A stretch of 64,000 nucleotides of DNA from an archaeon. Lineage in GTDB: Archaea > Methanobacteriota_B > Thermococci > Methanofastidiosales > NM3. Numbering within the stretch: position 1 is the stretch's first letter; each line of letters opens with the position of its first letter. The stretch covers positions 19,855 to 83,854 of the forward strand of contig RXIG01000004.1 of the NCBI GenBank assembly GCA_004212155.1. Direction: 5' to 3'. Position numbers and translations under genes: made by a program. Under the pieces are notes generated by a model. The model ran no database searches. It worked only from the letters and a program-made list of their open reading frames with translations, and was not told the origin of the DNA. This document shows positions 9,702 to 19,816 of the stretch, piece by piece.

Positions 9702-10930
9702 TCTTGCTAGCAGGTCGAGGCGAGCGGTTGCAACCGTTAACGAACACCCGCCCAAAGGGGCTCTTGCCCGTGGGCAACACCCCGCTTATCGACCACATCA
9801 TCGAGGCCGTCTCGCCGTATGTCGATGAGTATGTGTTTGTCGTACACCATCTTGAGGATATGATACGCCAGCACATGCAGGCACGACACCCTGCGCTCTC
9901 TATAACGTATCGCCGCCAGAAGGAGATGAACGGTACTGGTGATGCGCTTAAAAGTGCCGGTCACATCGACGAACCGTTCATATGCATCAACGGTGACATC
10001 TTCATAGAACGCGACTGTATCGATGCCCTGCTATCGGCCCATGCGGATTCTAACCTGTCTGTGGTGACCGTCAAAGAGATGGAAAATGATGGTAGTTTCG
10101 GCAGCGTCATCGTTGAAGGCGGTACATTCAAGGGTATACGTGAAAAGGAACAGTCCCCCTCAGCGCTTGTAAACATCGGTGTCTACCTCTTTACGCCCGA
10201 GATATTCGATGCCCTGTCACGCATTTCCCCATCGCCCCGTGGCGAATATGAGCTCACGGACGCGATATCGCTTATCGGGGAACGGGTAGCGGTGTCGCGC
10301 TATGGCGGCTACTGGAACGATATTGGGTACCCATGGTCGCTCCTTGATGCAAACGAGCATGTCGTCTCAAAACAGGAACGCGCCATCACGGGCACAATCG
10401 AGAACGGCGCAACATGCATCGGCGACGTCGTCGTTGGAGAGGGTTCAGTCGTACGCAGCGGCGCATATATCATCGGCCCCGTACGCATCGGTGACCACTG
10501 CGACATAGGCCCAAACTGTTATGTCCGCCCCTTTACCACGATAGGCGACCACTGCCACGTCGGTAATGCGTCAGAGGTAAAAAACTCAGTGCTCTTTTCC
10601 CATACGAACGTGGCGCACCTCTCATATGTCGGGGACTCGATCATCGGCACCTCCTGCAATCTGGGCGCGGGGACGCTGGTGGCAAATCTGCGCCACAGGA
10701 AGGATGCAATAAAGATGGAGATAAAGGGAAAGCTCGTCTCGTCAGGAAGGCGCAAGCTTGGCGTTGTCATGGGCGATGAGACAAAGACGGGCATCAACGT
10801 CTCGATCTACGAGGGCAGAAAGATAGGTGACCACTGTGGCATTGGCCCCGGAGTGATCGTTGAGAAAAATGTAGATCCTTATACGTTTGTCATCACGAAG
10901 CAGGAAACGGTCACATTTCGGAGAGAATGA
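9689..10930 (+). CDS. glmU: Bifunctional sugar-1-phosphate nucleotidylyltransferase/acetyltransferase (archaeal GlmU)
   Basis: KAVILLAGRGERLQPLT..RPK, RGEYELTD, hexapeptide repeats, HLSYVGDS, GRRKLG. Start is ambiguous: ACG 9689 or GTG 9698. Confidence 0.88.
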   Translation, partial: TKAVILLAGRGERLQPLTNTRPKGLLPVGNTPLIDHIIEAVSPYVDEYVFVVHHLEDMIRQHMQARHPALSITYRRQKEMNGTGDALKSAGHIDEPFICINGDIFIERDCIDALLSAHADSNLSVVTVKEMENDGSFGSVIVEGGTFKGIREKEQSPSALVNIGVYLFTPEIFDALSRISPSPRGEYELTDAISLIGERVAVSRYGGYWNDIGYPWSLLDANEHVVSKQERAITGTIENGATCIGDVVVGEGSVVRSGAYIIGPVRIGDHCDIGPNCYVRPFTTIGDHCHVGNASEVKNSVLFSHTNVAHLSYVGDSIIGTSCNLGAGTLVANLRHRKDAIKMEIKGKLVSSGRRKLGVVMGDETKTGINVSIYEGRKIGDHCGIGPGVIVEKNVDPYTFVITKQETVTFRRE

Positions 10931-11984
10931 GCGTCGAGTTCACATCGGCGTAGACGTCGATCTCCTTTCCCTCGATGTCATGCGTCTTGAACGGGTCGGC
11001 ATCCATGAGTATGCGCTCGCCTATGGCTTCGATGAACAGTCTGTTGACCTTTCCGAAGTATTGCGCATACTTGACCGTTCCTTGGATATGATTGGAATCG
11101 CTTGACTCCTCTTTTAGCTCCAAGTTCTCGGGGCGTATGGCTGCATAGGCCGTCTGTCCCACGGAAAACGAGCTTTTCTTTCCCTCTTCGGCGACGCCAA
11201 CGAACGTGTGTCCTGACTCCGTCTCGAGTTCGATGTAGTCGTCGATGCTCCGGATCGTACCCTTGATGATGTTGCATTCTCCGATGAAGTCTGCGACGAA
11301 CAGATTGTTCGGTACTGAGTAGATCTCGACGGGAGTGCCCACCTGCTGCACGATGCCCTTGTCTATGACGCTGAGCCTGTCGGAGATGGCAAGCGCCTCC
11401 TCCTGGTCATGGGTCACATAGATCGTCGTTATGCCAAGCCGTTTCTGGATGCGTGAGATCTCGTTACGCATCTCGATACGCAGCTTCGCATCGAGGTTGG
11501 AGAGCGGCTCGTCAAGCAACAGTACCTTCGGTTCGATAACAAGCGCGCGTGCAAGTGCGACGCGTTGTTGTTGTCCTCCAGAGAGTTGGTAAGGATACCG
11601 CTCCTCCATGCCCTTCAGGCGCACAAGCTCAAGGATCTCATAGACCTTCTCGTCGATGTCCTTTTTAGCCATCTTGCGTATCTTGAGCCCGTATGAGATG
11701 TTGTCAAAGACAGACATATGAGGCCATAACGCATAGTTTTGGAATACCATGCCCGTTTCCCTGAGATTGGGGGGGATATGGGTCACTTCGAGATCATCGA
11801 AGAAGATCTTGCCATTTTCCGGAACATAGAATCCTGCAACGCATCGGAGCAGTGTCGTCTTGCCACACCCACTTGGACCCAGAAGCGTGAAGAGTTCCCC
11901 GTCCTCTATTTCAATGGAAACGTCATTGACGGCAACTACTTCGGTAAATTTTTTCGTGACATGCTCAAAACGTACTGTAACCAT
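10911..11984 (-). CDS. ABC transporter ATP-binding protein (FbpC/PotA/MalK class)
   Basis: [38 protein letters not shown]-terminal TOBE-like domain. Confidence 0.95.
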   Translation of the reverse strand: MVTVRFEHVTKKFTEVVAVNDVSIEIEDGELFTLLGPSGCGKTTLLRCVAGFYVPENGKIFFDDLEVTHIPPNLRETGMVFQNYALWPHMSVFDNISYGLKIRKMAKKDIDEKVYEILELVRLKGMEERYPYQLSGGQQQRVALARALVIEPKVLLLDEPLSNLDAKLRIEMRNEISRIQKRLGITTIYVTHDQEEALAISDRLSVIDKGIVQQVGTPVEIYSVPNNLFVADFIGECNIIKGTIRSIDDYIELETESGHTFVGVAEEGKKSSFSVGQTAYAAIRPENLELKEESSDSNHIQGTVKYAQYFGKVNRLFIEAIGERILMDADPFKTHDIEGKEIDVYADVNSTLILSEM

Positions 11985-12111
11985 CTCACTACCCCTGCTG
12001 CTCGGCTGTATCTTCTTTCTGATTTCTGTTTAAAACTTTTTGGTATATTTTTTGTCGCATTCCTTTGTTGGACAAAAGCATATGGCATTGCCACCATCTT
12101 CATCGTCGGTG

Positions 12112-13008
12112 TCAATCGGAGGCCCGTTTTCTCCTATATGCCACCATGCAACAGACGCAGATTGCCGCACCCAGGAGTATCAAGGGCATGGTGCTGGTAT
12201 CGTTACATCCCTCGACCACCATGACCTGTTTACCTATGATCGTTTGTTTGTCAAGAGCCAATAGGACGTGCCACTCGCCTACGTCGTCAAACTCGATGCT
12301 GGTCTCAAGCGGCCGCTCGTACGTATCGCCTTTAGGCGTATGTATGATGAAGTGAAGTGCGTGCGGCGTTTTCCCATGGAGACACCCCCCCTCTATGGGC
12401 ACTGTTGTTCCGCATCGTACTTCCCTTGGTATGTTGATGTAGAGTGGGGCATCGAAGGTGTATGCCTCTATATTATTGGTAATCTCGTTCGTGTCCGCAT
12501 TTCCAGCGTTCTCATCATCGACCAGTGTTGGTTTCGGATGGTCTGGTCCCTTTGACATTGCGCCCGCAGACTCGCTGACATTGATTGTCAGCTTGATCGT
12601 ACCACTTGTCTGGAGATATGATACGGGTGTTGAAGGCGTTTGGTCCATTTCACCGTCCCCATAACACGTAGCTACGAGATAGAGTTCATACGCACCCCCA
12701 TACCCTTCATCAGCTTCTATGGCATATGATATGTCCGAATACCCGCCAGCTTTCACGGAAACGATGGCTGGCTCTATCGATACCCATGATGTCACATCCT
12801 TATACGGGCCAGTCGCCCGGATAGAAAAAAGTGCATCTTCGTTACCGGGATTGTGTATGCTAAACGAGCTAGAGTACGTGAACGGAAATGCATCTATGTC
12901 TATCTCGTGGTTGTTGCCAGAAATGCCGATGCCCATGTCGCAAAGGACAAGGGGCGCGCTCGTGAGAAGAAGCATGACTGCCAGAAGGGGCGCTACCTTA
13001 TTTGCCAT
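12112..13008 (-). CDS. Secreted, C-terminally membrane-anchored Ig-like hypothetical protein (DUF916-like)
   Basis: Signal peptide, beta-rich segments (SIHNPGN..; VSVKAGGYSDISYAIEADEGYGGAYELYL), C-terminal TM plus RRKR. Confidence 0.6.
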   Translation of the reverse strand: MANKVAPLLAVMLLLTSAPLVLCDMGIGISGNNHEIDIDAFPFTYSSSFSIHNPGNEDALFSIRATGPYKDVTSWVSIEPAIVSVKAGGYSDISYAIEADEGYGGAYELYLVATCYGDGEMDQTPSTPVSYLQTSGTIKLTINVSESAGAMSKGPDHPKPTLVDDENAGNADTNEITNNIEAYTFDAPLYINIPREVRCGTTVPIEGGCLHGKTPHALHFIIHTPKGDTYERPLETSIEFDDVGEWHVLLALDKQTIIGKQVMVVEGCNDTSTMPLILLGAAICVCCMVAYRRKRASD

Positions 13009-13037
13009 AGGATCACCAAAAATAAAGAAAGGGTAGA

Positions 13038-14069
13038 TCAGGCAGTCGAGCCAGATCCCCTCTCAAACGTGAACGTGCAAGCGCCGGCATATGTTCCGGC
13101 AGGCAAGCACGGTACCGTTGAACCCTGCAGTATGTCAATTGAAAATGAGACCATCGTATCATCGTTGTCCGTGTATCCCGACACCGAAGGGTCGAGCGTA
13201 CACGCTGTCGCATATACGTCCTCAAAGAAAGGTGTCGTGGATTCCGGCACCGGTTGAGGGGTATCATACCCTGCCGCAACGGTACCGCCCGCAGGCGCGG
13301 TCGCTGCCTGTGCGGAGATGTATGATGACGCATCGATCGACGCATCGCCGTTGACGAGGTCCGTTGCCTCAAACGATACGGTGATGTGCGTATTCGCGGT
13401 GATCGTGGGAGTGACGACGATTGGTGTATCAAGCGTCCACACATCTTCCGGCACCAACTCAGACGAACCGAGCGCTACGCTCGCTGGAAGTCCGCTCCAT
13501 TCGATATAATCGTTGACGTCAAAGGTCGTTGTCAGGTCGGCGTTTAAGAGCCCGTAGGAGTCACACACCGTCACTCCTGCCGTCCATGCATTTTGCATCC
13601 CGGAGGGCATGGCCACCTTGTCAAGCGAGAACGCAAACGTTGCCTCGATGACGCTTGGAGCAGTGGCAGCGATGGATGAGTTCGATGGATTTACGTATCC
13701 CGCCGGTTGGCTGGTCCAGTCGCCTGTAGCCTTTGACCATGTAAGCGTGTAGTTGCAGCGCTTGTCGTGTGTACCGGGTTCTATCGTCCCGTTCCCAGAA
13801 AAATAGAGGTCGACGCTCACATATTCTAAGTCCTGCAACCCATTCTTTTCGATAAATGACGCTACGACATAATATTCCCTGTTCACATCGAGGCTTGACT
13901 GGGGCGTGCCCGAGTCGTCCTCGATCACTACCGTTTCGATGGATGGTTCAAAGGCCCCCACCTGCACGGAAGTGGTGACATCGTTCGAATCAGCCATCAT
14001 CGACGGCATTATCATTGCCATCAAGACACATACCATGAGCCCTGTAGCAGCGTATGTCTTTTGATTCAT
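13038..14069 (-). CDS. Secreted acidic, Thr/Ser-rich beta-sandwich protein (WxL/pilin-like C-terminus)
   Basis: Signal peptide, no TM anchor, ends PAGTYAGACTFTF; SD GGAGG upstream. Confidence 0.6.
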   Translation of the reverse strand: MNQKTYAATGLMVCVLMAMIMPSMMADSNDVTTSVQVGAFEPSIETVVIEDDSGTPQSSLDVNREYYVVASFIEKNGLQDLEYVSVDLYFSGNGTIEPGTHDKRCNYTLTWSKATGDWTSQPAGYVNPSNSSIAATAPSVIEATFAFSLDKVAMPSGMQNAWTAGVTVCDSYGLLNADLTTTFDVNDYIEWSGLPASVALGSSELVPEDVWTLDTPIVVTPTITANTHITVSFEATDLVNGDASIDASSYISAQAATAPAGGTVAAGYDTPQPVPESTTPFFEDVYATACTLDPSVSGYTDNDDTMVSFSIDILQGSTVPCLPAGTYAGACTFTFERGSGSTA

Positions 14070-14181
14070 AATTATTCCTCCAATGGTGCATGGATTGTAA
14101 TAACTTATTTTATAATAGAATATGATAATATTTTTCTATAACAATGCAAAAATAAAAAAATATCATGTACAAAGTGTGGTC

Positions 14182-14553
14182 ATGAAAAAAGGAGTTCTTC
14201 TCTACGGATTTGGCAAACATGACGCCGAAGACCTTAAAACACAGATCGAACACGTTATTGCATCACCGGTGACGGCATGGGGCGCCCCACCTGACGACGA
14301 GACCGTGTTTCCCATACTCGAAGAGACCGTCGAGGGCCAGTTTGAAGACGCGCCTGATAGGTGTGTGATGTTTGTGGGATTCGAGGGGAGCGAGATACAG
14401 AAAGTGCTGCGCGCCGTCAAGTTTCCCCCGCCAGCGAGACCGCTCTTTTGCTGCCCTACTGAAACGAACGTCACATGGCCATTCTGGGAGCTGATAGAAC
14501 ATCTCAAGGAAGAACGAGAGGAGATAGAAAACAGTCGGGGCCACAGTTGTTAG
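14182..14553 (+). CDS. DUF3783-domain protein
   Basis: VLLYGF N-terminus and LFCCPTETNVTWPFWELIEHLKEE C-terminus typical of DUF3783; ATG at 14182. Confidence 0.7.
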   Translation: MKKGVLLYGFGKHDAEDLKTQIEHVIASPVTAWGAPPDDETVFPILEETVEGQFEDAPDRCVMFVGFEGSEIQKVLRAVKFPPPARPLFCCPTETNVTWPFWELIEHLKEEREEIENSRGHSC

Positions 14554-14798
14554 AGGAGGTATATTTGATACTGCTTGTGTGTGGCACATGGGCTGGCGGG
14601 CACCTCGTCGTATAGTTCCTTTTCGTCTGCCTTGAGCACAAGATACACATGAAGCGTATCGGCGGGTATTCCGTTGCATATGCCCGGCACGCCGCGGGCC
14701 CTCGTTTCGACCATGAACGTCCGGGGATCATCGGTCTCAAGAATGGAATCCGTGGGGTCGAGGTCCAGTGCCTCCCGAAGTGCTTCCTTGCGATTCAT
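14550..14798 (-). CDS. Small hypothetical protein
   Basis: 82-aa ORF with GGAGTGA upstream, 4 nt after the previous gene on the same strand. Confidence 0.5.
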   Translation of the reverse strand: MNRKEALREALDLDPTDSILETDDPRTFMVETRARGVPGICNGIPADTLHVYLVLKADEKELYDEVPASPCATHKQYQIYLL

Positions 14799-14802
14799 CG
14801 GT

Positions 14803-15177
14803 TCACTCCGGGTATTTCTTGTCATACGTTTGCGCAAGATCTAGAATGCAGTTGATATGAAGATGCAGGTGTGATACCAGCTCATTGGCTTTATTTTTGT
14901 ATGGAGATTCGTTATCTTCATATAGTGCACGCAGGTGCAGATCGAGCATCTCTGCTATTCTCTCAAATTCTCGCGTGAGTGAAACGTAGGAATGATGAAG
15001 CGTCTTGTCAGTATGTTTCTGCCTGTATTCGCGCTTGAAAAGATTATAAAACGTCTTAATCTTCTCCATCGAAGCTATCCCTGTTTGTGGGGATTTCTTC
15101 TTGTTGACAACTTCGTAGAGCGTTTCAACATCATCCTTTTCAATATTTTCCAAGATCACAGAAAGTTGCATTGTCAC
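14803..15177 (-). CDS. Hypothetical helical protein
   Basis: 124-aa ORF, AAGGTG upstream, fills the gap between same-strand genes; no family recognised. Confidence 0.55.
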   Translation of the reverse strand: MTMQLSVILENIEKDDVETLYEVVNKKKSPQTGIASMEKIKTFYNLFKREYRQKHTDKTLHHSYVSLTREFERIAEMLDLHLRALYEDNESPYKNKANELVSHLHLHINCILDLAQTYDKKYPE

Positions 15178-15217
15178 ACCTTGTGAAGCAATAAAAAAAG
15201 AAAAAAGAAAAAACGGA

Positions 15218-16207
15218 TTATTTCTTCATCATCGCGTAGGCAGCACCTACGATTATTATGATGACGACAACGCCAATACCGAGATAGAGCATCGTGTTCG
15301 AACTTTCTTCCTCGGATTCCTGCCCCATCCATGCAAGCGTGTTCTCTAGAAGCGTTCCTCCATCGATGGTGAAGTTCTCCTTTTCAGAAGGTCCGTCCAT
15401 GTTCATGTTCTTGTATGAAGAGAAGATTGCCTCGGCACTCACGACGATCTTTGAAGATTCGTCTGCACCTGCCCTCTCCTCTACAGCCATAAGCACGAAA
15501 GGTCCGTTTGATCCTGCCTCGACACCGGGCGTCTTGAATCCTGTCAGTTGTGCGTCAACTGCGACTGAAGAGTCGCTAGAGGCCGCTATCCAATCAACGT
15601 TGTCAATGCTTTCAGTGTATAGGTTTACCGGATTGCCGTCCTTGACACCATAGAGGAACGTGGGGCCGTGGAACGTTTCATACGCCACTCCCTCCGTAAT
15701 GGGGTGTGCGCTGTTCCAGTTCGAAGCGACAACTCGATAGGCCGCACCATCGTTGTATGCCTCGTCTGGTTCCTCGACACTGTTGTTTTCAAGCATGATA
15801 TGGGATCCCAGCTTTTGCAAGATGGTGTTCGTTGCAGGGATGTAGTCAGCGCCATCAAAATCGCTATCGCCGGCTATCCATACAGCCTTGTTACCGCTGT
15901 CAAACCATGTTTCTAGGGCATTGAGCTCCGCTTCGGAGTATGATACGCCCATCGGTACCGGTATAAGTATCATATCAGCGTCTGACAGTACATCTGCCGT
16001 AATCTCATCAGTGACCACTTCGACGGTATATCCCATCGCTTCCAGTTTCTCTGGCACATTCTCGAAGTCTCCCGCATGACGTGTTTCATGCGCAAGGTCC
16101 AACACGACCTTGTGGGCCTCTGTGCCGTCCTGTGCACTGGCCGAAGCCACCATTGAGAAAAGCAGGGCAAATAATACGAACAAGGATGCCAATCTTTTCA
16201 AGTTCAA
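15218..16207 (-). CDS. Membrane-anchored extracellular GATase1-like (GIFT/DUF4350-type) protein
   Basis: Signal peptide, VVLDLAH, ITADVLSDADMILIP..YSEAELNAL..WF..G.K.VWIAGDSD, C-terminal TM plus KK; SD GAGGTGA. Confidence 0.65.
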   Translation of the reverse strand: MNLKRLASLFVLFALLFSMVASASAQDGTEAHKVVLDLAHETRHAGDFENVPEKLEAMGYTVEVVTDEITADVLSDADMILIPVPMGVSYSEAELNALETWFDSGNKAVWIAGDSDFDGADYIPATNTILQKLGSHIMLENNSVEEPDEAYNDGAAYRVVASNWNSAHPITEGVAYETFHGPTFLYGVKDGNPVNLYTESIDNVDWIAASSDSSVAVDAQLTGFKTPGVEAGSNGPFVLMAVEERAGADESSKIVVSAEAIFSSYKNMNMDGPSEKENFTIDGGTLLENTLAWMGQESEEESSNTMLYLGIGVVVIIIIVGAAYAMMKK

Positions 16208-16563
16208 CTGCTTTCACCTCGTTGAGACATTATTAAAAAATATCCCATGTTACTCTTGATTGAAAGTTATATAAATTTTTCTTCATATCAACGCCATGGC
16301 ATATATTCCCATTCGTGATATATGGTTAGAATTTGTTATTTTTGCTTAAAATATTGTTTATTTTATATACTATCATCCTAGTTCTGAAATACCGATCAAA
16401 TGATCATGAAGACCTCTATACACCAATGATCAACTGAGCCCCCACTATTTAAAGCTTGAACTTTCTTTTCATATTTTGGACTTACTATGGAAAGCGTTCT
16501 CGTGAAAGCTCTACTCCAAAAATTATAAATACTTTACATAAGATGAGAATGTGGTGTTTGCTC

Positions 16564-17946
16564 ATGAGTAACCAACCAAAAAGATTGGGCAATTATAAAC
16601 AATTATTCTCGCTTTTTTTGTGCTTCCTGCTCGTGTCCGTTGCATTGGCATCTTCAGGCTGCATTGGGGGCGATGGAGACGGGGAGGAAGGACTGACCCT
16701 AACTGTAATAACACGTCATGATACTTCCATACAAGAAGCATTTGAAGGTCCGTTCCTTAATTCTACGTATGCCGAAGCGGCCAATGTCACAAAGGTGCGT
16801 TTCATGCAGCCAGTGCCCGGACTCTGGCCGCGCGCCATCGATCAGGGGGGCATTGACGTTGCATGGGGTGGAGGGCCCACACTATTTGATCAGTTGTCTG
16901 ACCTCGACTATCTTAAACCACTCACAAGCGATACGATGCAGTCCACACTTGCAGAAATTCAGGACAGCATCGGCGGCGCGCCGATGAAGCGTTACAATGA
17001 TTCCCAAGAGCCTGTATGGGTGGCAGCCGCCATATCGTCGTTTGGGTTCACGGTCAATCATAATGTGCTTGATGCATATGGTGTCGATACACCGCGAACA
17101 TGGGATGACCTGGCCAATCCCGAATACTACAAGGACCCACCGATAATCGGCATTGGCAATGCGCCCGACACAACGTCCAATACACGCATATACGAGATCA
17201 TTCTTCAAAATTACGGGTGGGAAGAAGGATGGATCAAGCTCACGGAGATCGCTGCCAACTCTGCAATCTATTACGGCTCCGTTGATGTGCTCAATGCAGT
17301 CGAGACAGGTAACGTTGCCATAGCGACAACCATTGACTTTTATGGCTATTCCTCCATGCAGGACTACCCAGAAACTGAATATATCATTCCCGAGGGGCAA
17401 TCACTGCTCAACGGCGATCCAATAGCAATAGTGAGCAACACCGAACAACTCGATGCAGCAGAGGCATTTGTGGAGTTCGTACTCTCTCCAGAGGGCCAAT
17501 CGGTCTGGCTTGATGAGAATATCAATAGGATGCCCGTTAGGGAGGATGCATTTGAAACGGAGTACGGAAAAACACGTACACAACTGCACGAACTGTTCAT
17601 CGAGACGATAAACAATCAGGGTATCGAGTTCTCAGATGCGCTAGCCAACTCGTATGAAGGTACCGTGGTGCCATACTGGGAAGCTGTGCTTGACAAGCCC
17701 CATCAGGACTTACGGAACGCTTGGAACGCGCTTATAACCGCGCGGGATGCGGGAAAGATCACCGAACAGGAATGGAACCAGTATATTGCGGAGCTGGGTC
17801 AACCGCTCATCACCCTCGAAGACGCCCAATCGCTCAATGACCAGATGCTTACCGATTCCGCGTTTGCAAACGAAAAATCGGTAGAGTGGGCGGAGGCAAA
17901 GCGACAACTGTATTCACAGATCGAAGAAGAGATAGAAAACCTTTAA
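16564..17946 (+). CDS. ABC transporter substrate-binding lipoprotein (AfuA/PgtC-like, Fe3+/thiamine/sugar-phosphate class)
   Basis: Lipobox ASSGC, VITRHD, DVAWGGGPTLFDQL, NGDPIA, FVLSPEGQ; likely start 16564. Confidence 0.88.
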   Translation: MSNQPKRLGNYKQLFSLFLCFLLVSVALASSGCIGGDGDGEEGLTLTVITRHDTSIQEAFEGPFLNSTYAEAANVTKVRFMQPVPGLWPRAIDQGGIDVAWGGGPTLFDQLSDLDYLKPLTSDTMQSTLAEIQDSIGGAPMKRYNDSQEPVWVAAAISSFGFTVNHNVLDAYGVDTPRTWDDLANPEYYKDPPIIGIGNAPDTTSNTRIYEIILQNYGWEEGWIKLTEIAANSAIYYGSVDVLNAVETGNVAIATTIDFYGYSSMQDYPETEYIIPEGQSLLNGDPIAIVSNTEQLDAAEAFVEFVLSPEGQSVWLDENINRMPVREDAFETEYGKTRTQLHELFIETINNQGIEFSDALANSYEGTVVPYWEAVLDKPHQDLRNAWNALITARDAGKITEQEWNQYIAELGQPLITLEDAQSLNDQMLTDSAFANEKSVEWAEAKRQLYSQIEEEIENL

Positions 17947-18001
17947 AGCCGATTGCTCTACCTGTTCAGGTAGAGCTCATATCTTTTGATGGCGGGATCA
18001 G

Positions 18002-19807
18002 ATGCGAGGGCGTGACGGGGTACTGAGATTCATATCCAACTTGAGACAAGAACTGGATAAGCTCACTACCTTTCAGCTCACTCTCATCATCGTCGTTTTC
18101 CTCGTCTTCATGATCTGGCCACTGCTTTCGATAATCGGTGGCGCGTTCATTGATGATGGCTCTTTTACCACTCGTCATATGTCCGCGGTCTTTGATGACC
18201 CGGAGTTATGGAGGATGCCCAACGAATGGGAGCTTACGCTCTTTCGTAGTACAGAACGGGTCCTCATCATAGGACTTGTCGACTGCGGCGCCATATTTAA
18301 CTCCCTTTTCATTGCCTTATTCACCACTATCTTTTCCACCGTCATCGGCGTGATGCTTGCATACATCATGTACAAATATGAGTTCCGTGGAAAAGGCATA
18401 CTGAAAGGTCTTATCCTCATCCCGCTCATCGCGCCACCGTTTGTTGGCGCCCTGGGCGTACGTGAGTTCATATCTCAAAACGGCATCATCAATCAAGTGC
18501 TGTTCGAACAGCTCCACATACTACCACAGGCCATATGGATTACCGGCCTGCCAGCGATCATCCTTGTCGAAACACTACACTTCTATACGCTCGTCTATCT
18601 GAATGCGTATTCTTCGTTTGTCAATATTGATCCCTCCCTTGAGGAACAGGCAGAAAACATGGGTGCACGTGGGTTTTTCAAGTTCCGCTCCGTAACGTTG
18701 CCACTTGCAATGCCCGGCATTGAGGCTGGTGCCATTTTGACATTCATCCTCTCTCTCGAGGACCTTGGCACGCCCATCATCTTCTCCCAGGGGGCCTACA
18801 GCTATCCGGCCCGCCACACGATCACGTTGTATATCCTGAACAACTGGGCGCCTCAGTATATAGGTCAATACAACTTCAAGGTCATGGCGCTATGCGTGTT
18901 GTTGCTCGTCATGGCTCTGACGTGTTTCGTTATCATACGCAAGTACATCAGCTTGAAGCAATATGCGATGATGTCCAAGGGCGGAACATGGCAGCCAGTT
19001 ACCATCAAACCAAGCAGGAAGCAGCTCGTACTCTTTGGTATATTCATCGCCGGACTGTTGTCGTTTGCCCTGATGCCACATATCGGTATCCTCAAGCTAT
19101 CGCTTACACAAGGAGGCATTGGAGGGTTAACCCTCGCCAATTATAAATATATGTTCTCAAATGTGCATATGTATACACCTATTAAAAATAGTCTTATTTA
19201 TGCGTTTTCAGCCGTCTTCATCATCATCATTCTTGGCACAATGGCAGCATACATAATTGCTCGAAAGAAGTTGCCGGGCATCCTGGCTCTTGACATGCTT
19301 GTGACAATGCCACTTGCCATACCTGGCATCGTGCTGGGCATCGGAATGTTCGTGGTGTTTTACGGCACAGGCATATTCAGACCAGAGAACCCGGCATTCG
19401 TGATCGTTGCCGCATATGTGGTGAGGAAAATCCCATTTGCTGTGCGGGCCGCGTATGCGGGCCTGCAACAAACACACGAGGCTCTCGAAGAGGCATCGTT
19501 GAATGTGGGTGCTTCGAAGATCAAGACGTTGATTAAGATAACGTTGCCGCTCATATCCATGAGCATCGTAGCAGGCGCCATGCTGTCGTTTGTCTATGTG
19601 ATATCAGAGGTATCGACAAGCATACTGCTTGGTGCGACAAATCCCGAACTCGCACCCATCACGTGGAAGATCAAGGAGCTGTTCTTCCATGCCGACTTCA
19701 ACGAGGCTGCAGCACTTGGTGTGTTGTTGATGGTCATCCAGACCGTGTCAATCGTCACAACTAACTATCTGCTCAAGAACCGTGCAGCGGTAATGACAGG
19801 ATTATGA
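18002..19807 (+). CDS. ABC transporter permease (duplicated, FbpB/ThiP-type)
   Basis: Many TM helices, two EAA loops (LEEQAENMGA, LEEASLNVGA). Confidence 0.93.
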   Translation: MRGRDGVLRFISNLRQELDKLTTFQLTLIIVVFLVFMIWPLLSIIGGAFIDDGSFTTRHMSAVFDDPELWRMPNEWELTLFRSTERVLIIGLVDCGAIFNSLFIALFTTIFSTVIGVMLAYIMYKYEFRGKGILKGLILIPLIAPPFVGALGVREFISQNGIINQVLFEQLHILPQAIWITGLPAIILVETLHFYTLVYLNAYSSFVNIDPSLEEQAENMGARGFFKFRSVTLPLAMPGIEAGAILTFILSLEDLGTPIIFSQGAYSYPARHTITLYILNNWAPQYIGQYNFKVMALCVLLLVMALTCFVIIRKYISLKQYAMMSKGGTWQPVTIKPSRKQLVLFGIFIAGLLSFALMPHIGILKLSLTQGGIGGLTLANYKYMFSNVHMYTPIKNSLIYAFSAVFIIIILGTMAAYIIARKKLPGILALDMLVTMPLAIPGIVLGIGMFVVFYGTGIFRPENPAFVIVAAYVVRKIPFAVRAAYAGLQQTHEALEEASLNVGASKIKTLIKITLPLISMSIVAGAMLSFVYVISEVSTSILLGATNPELAPITWKIKELFFHADFNEAAALGVLLMVIQTVSIVTTNYLLKNRAAVMTGL

Positions 19808-19816
19808 GGTATTTCA

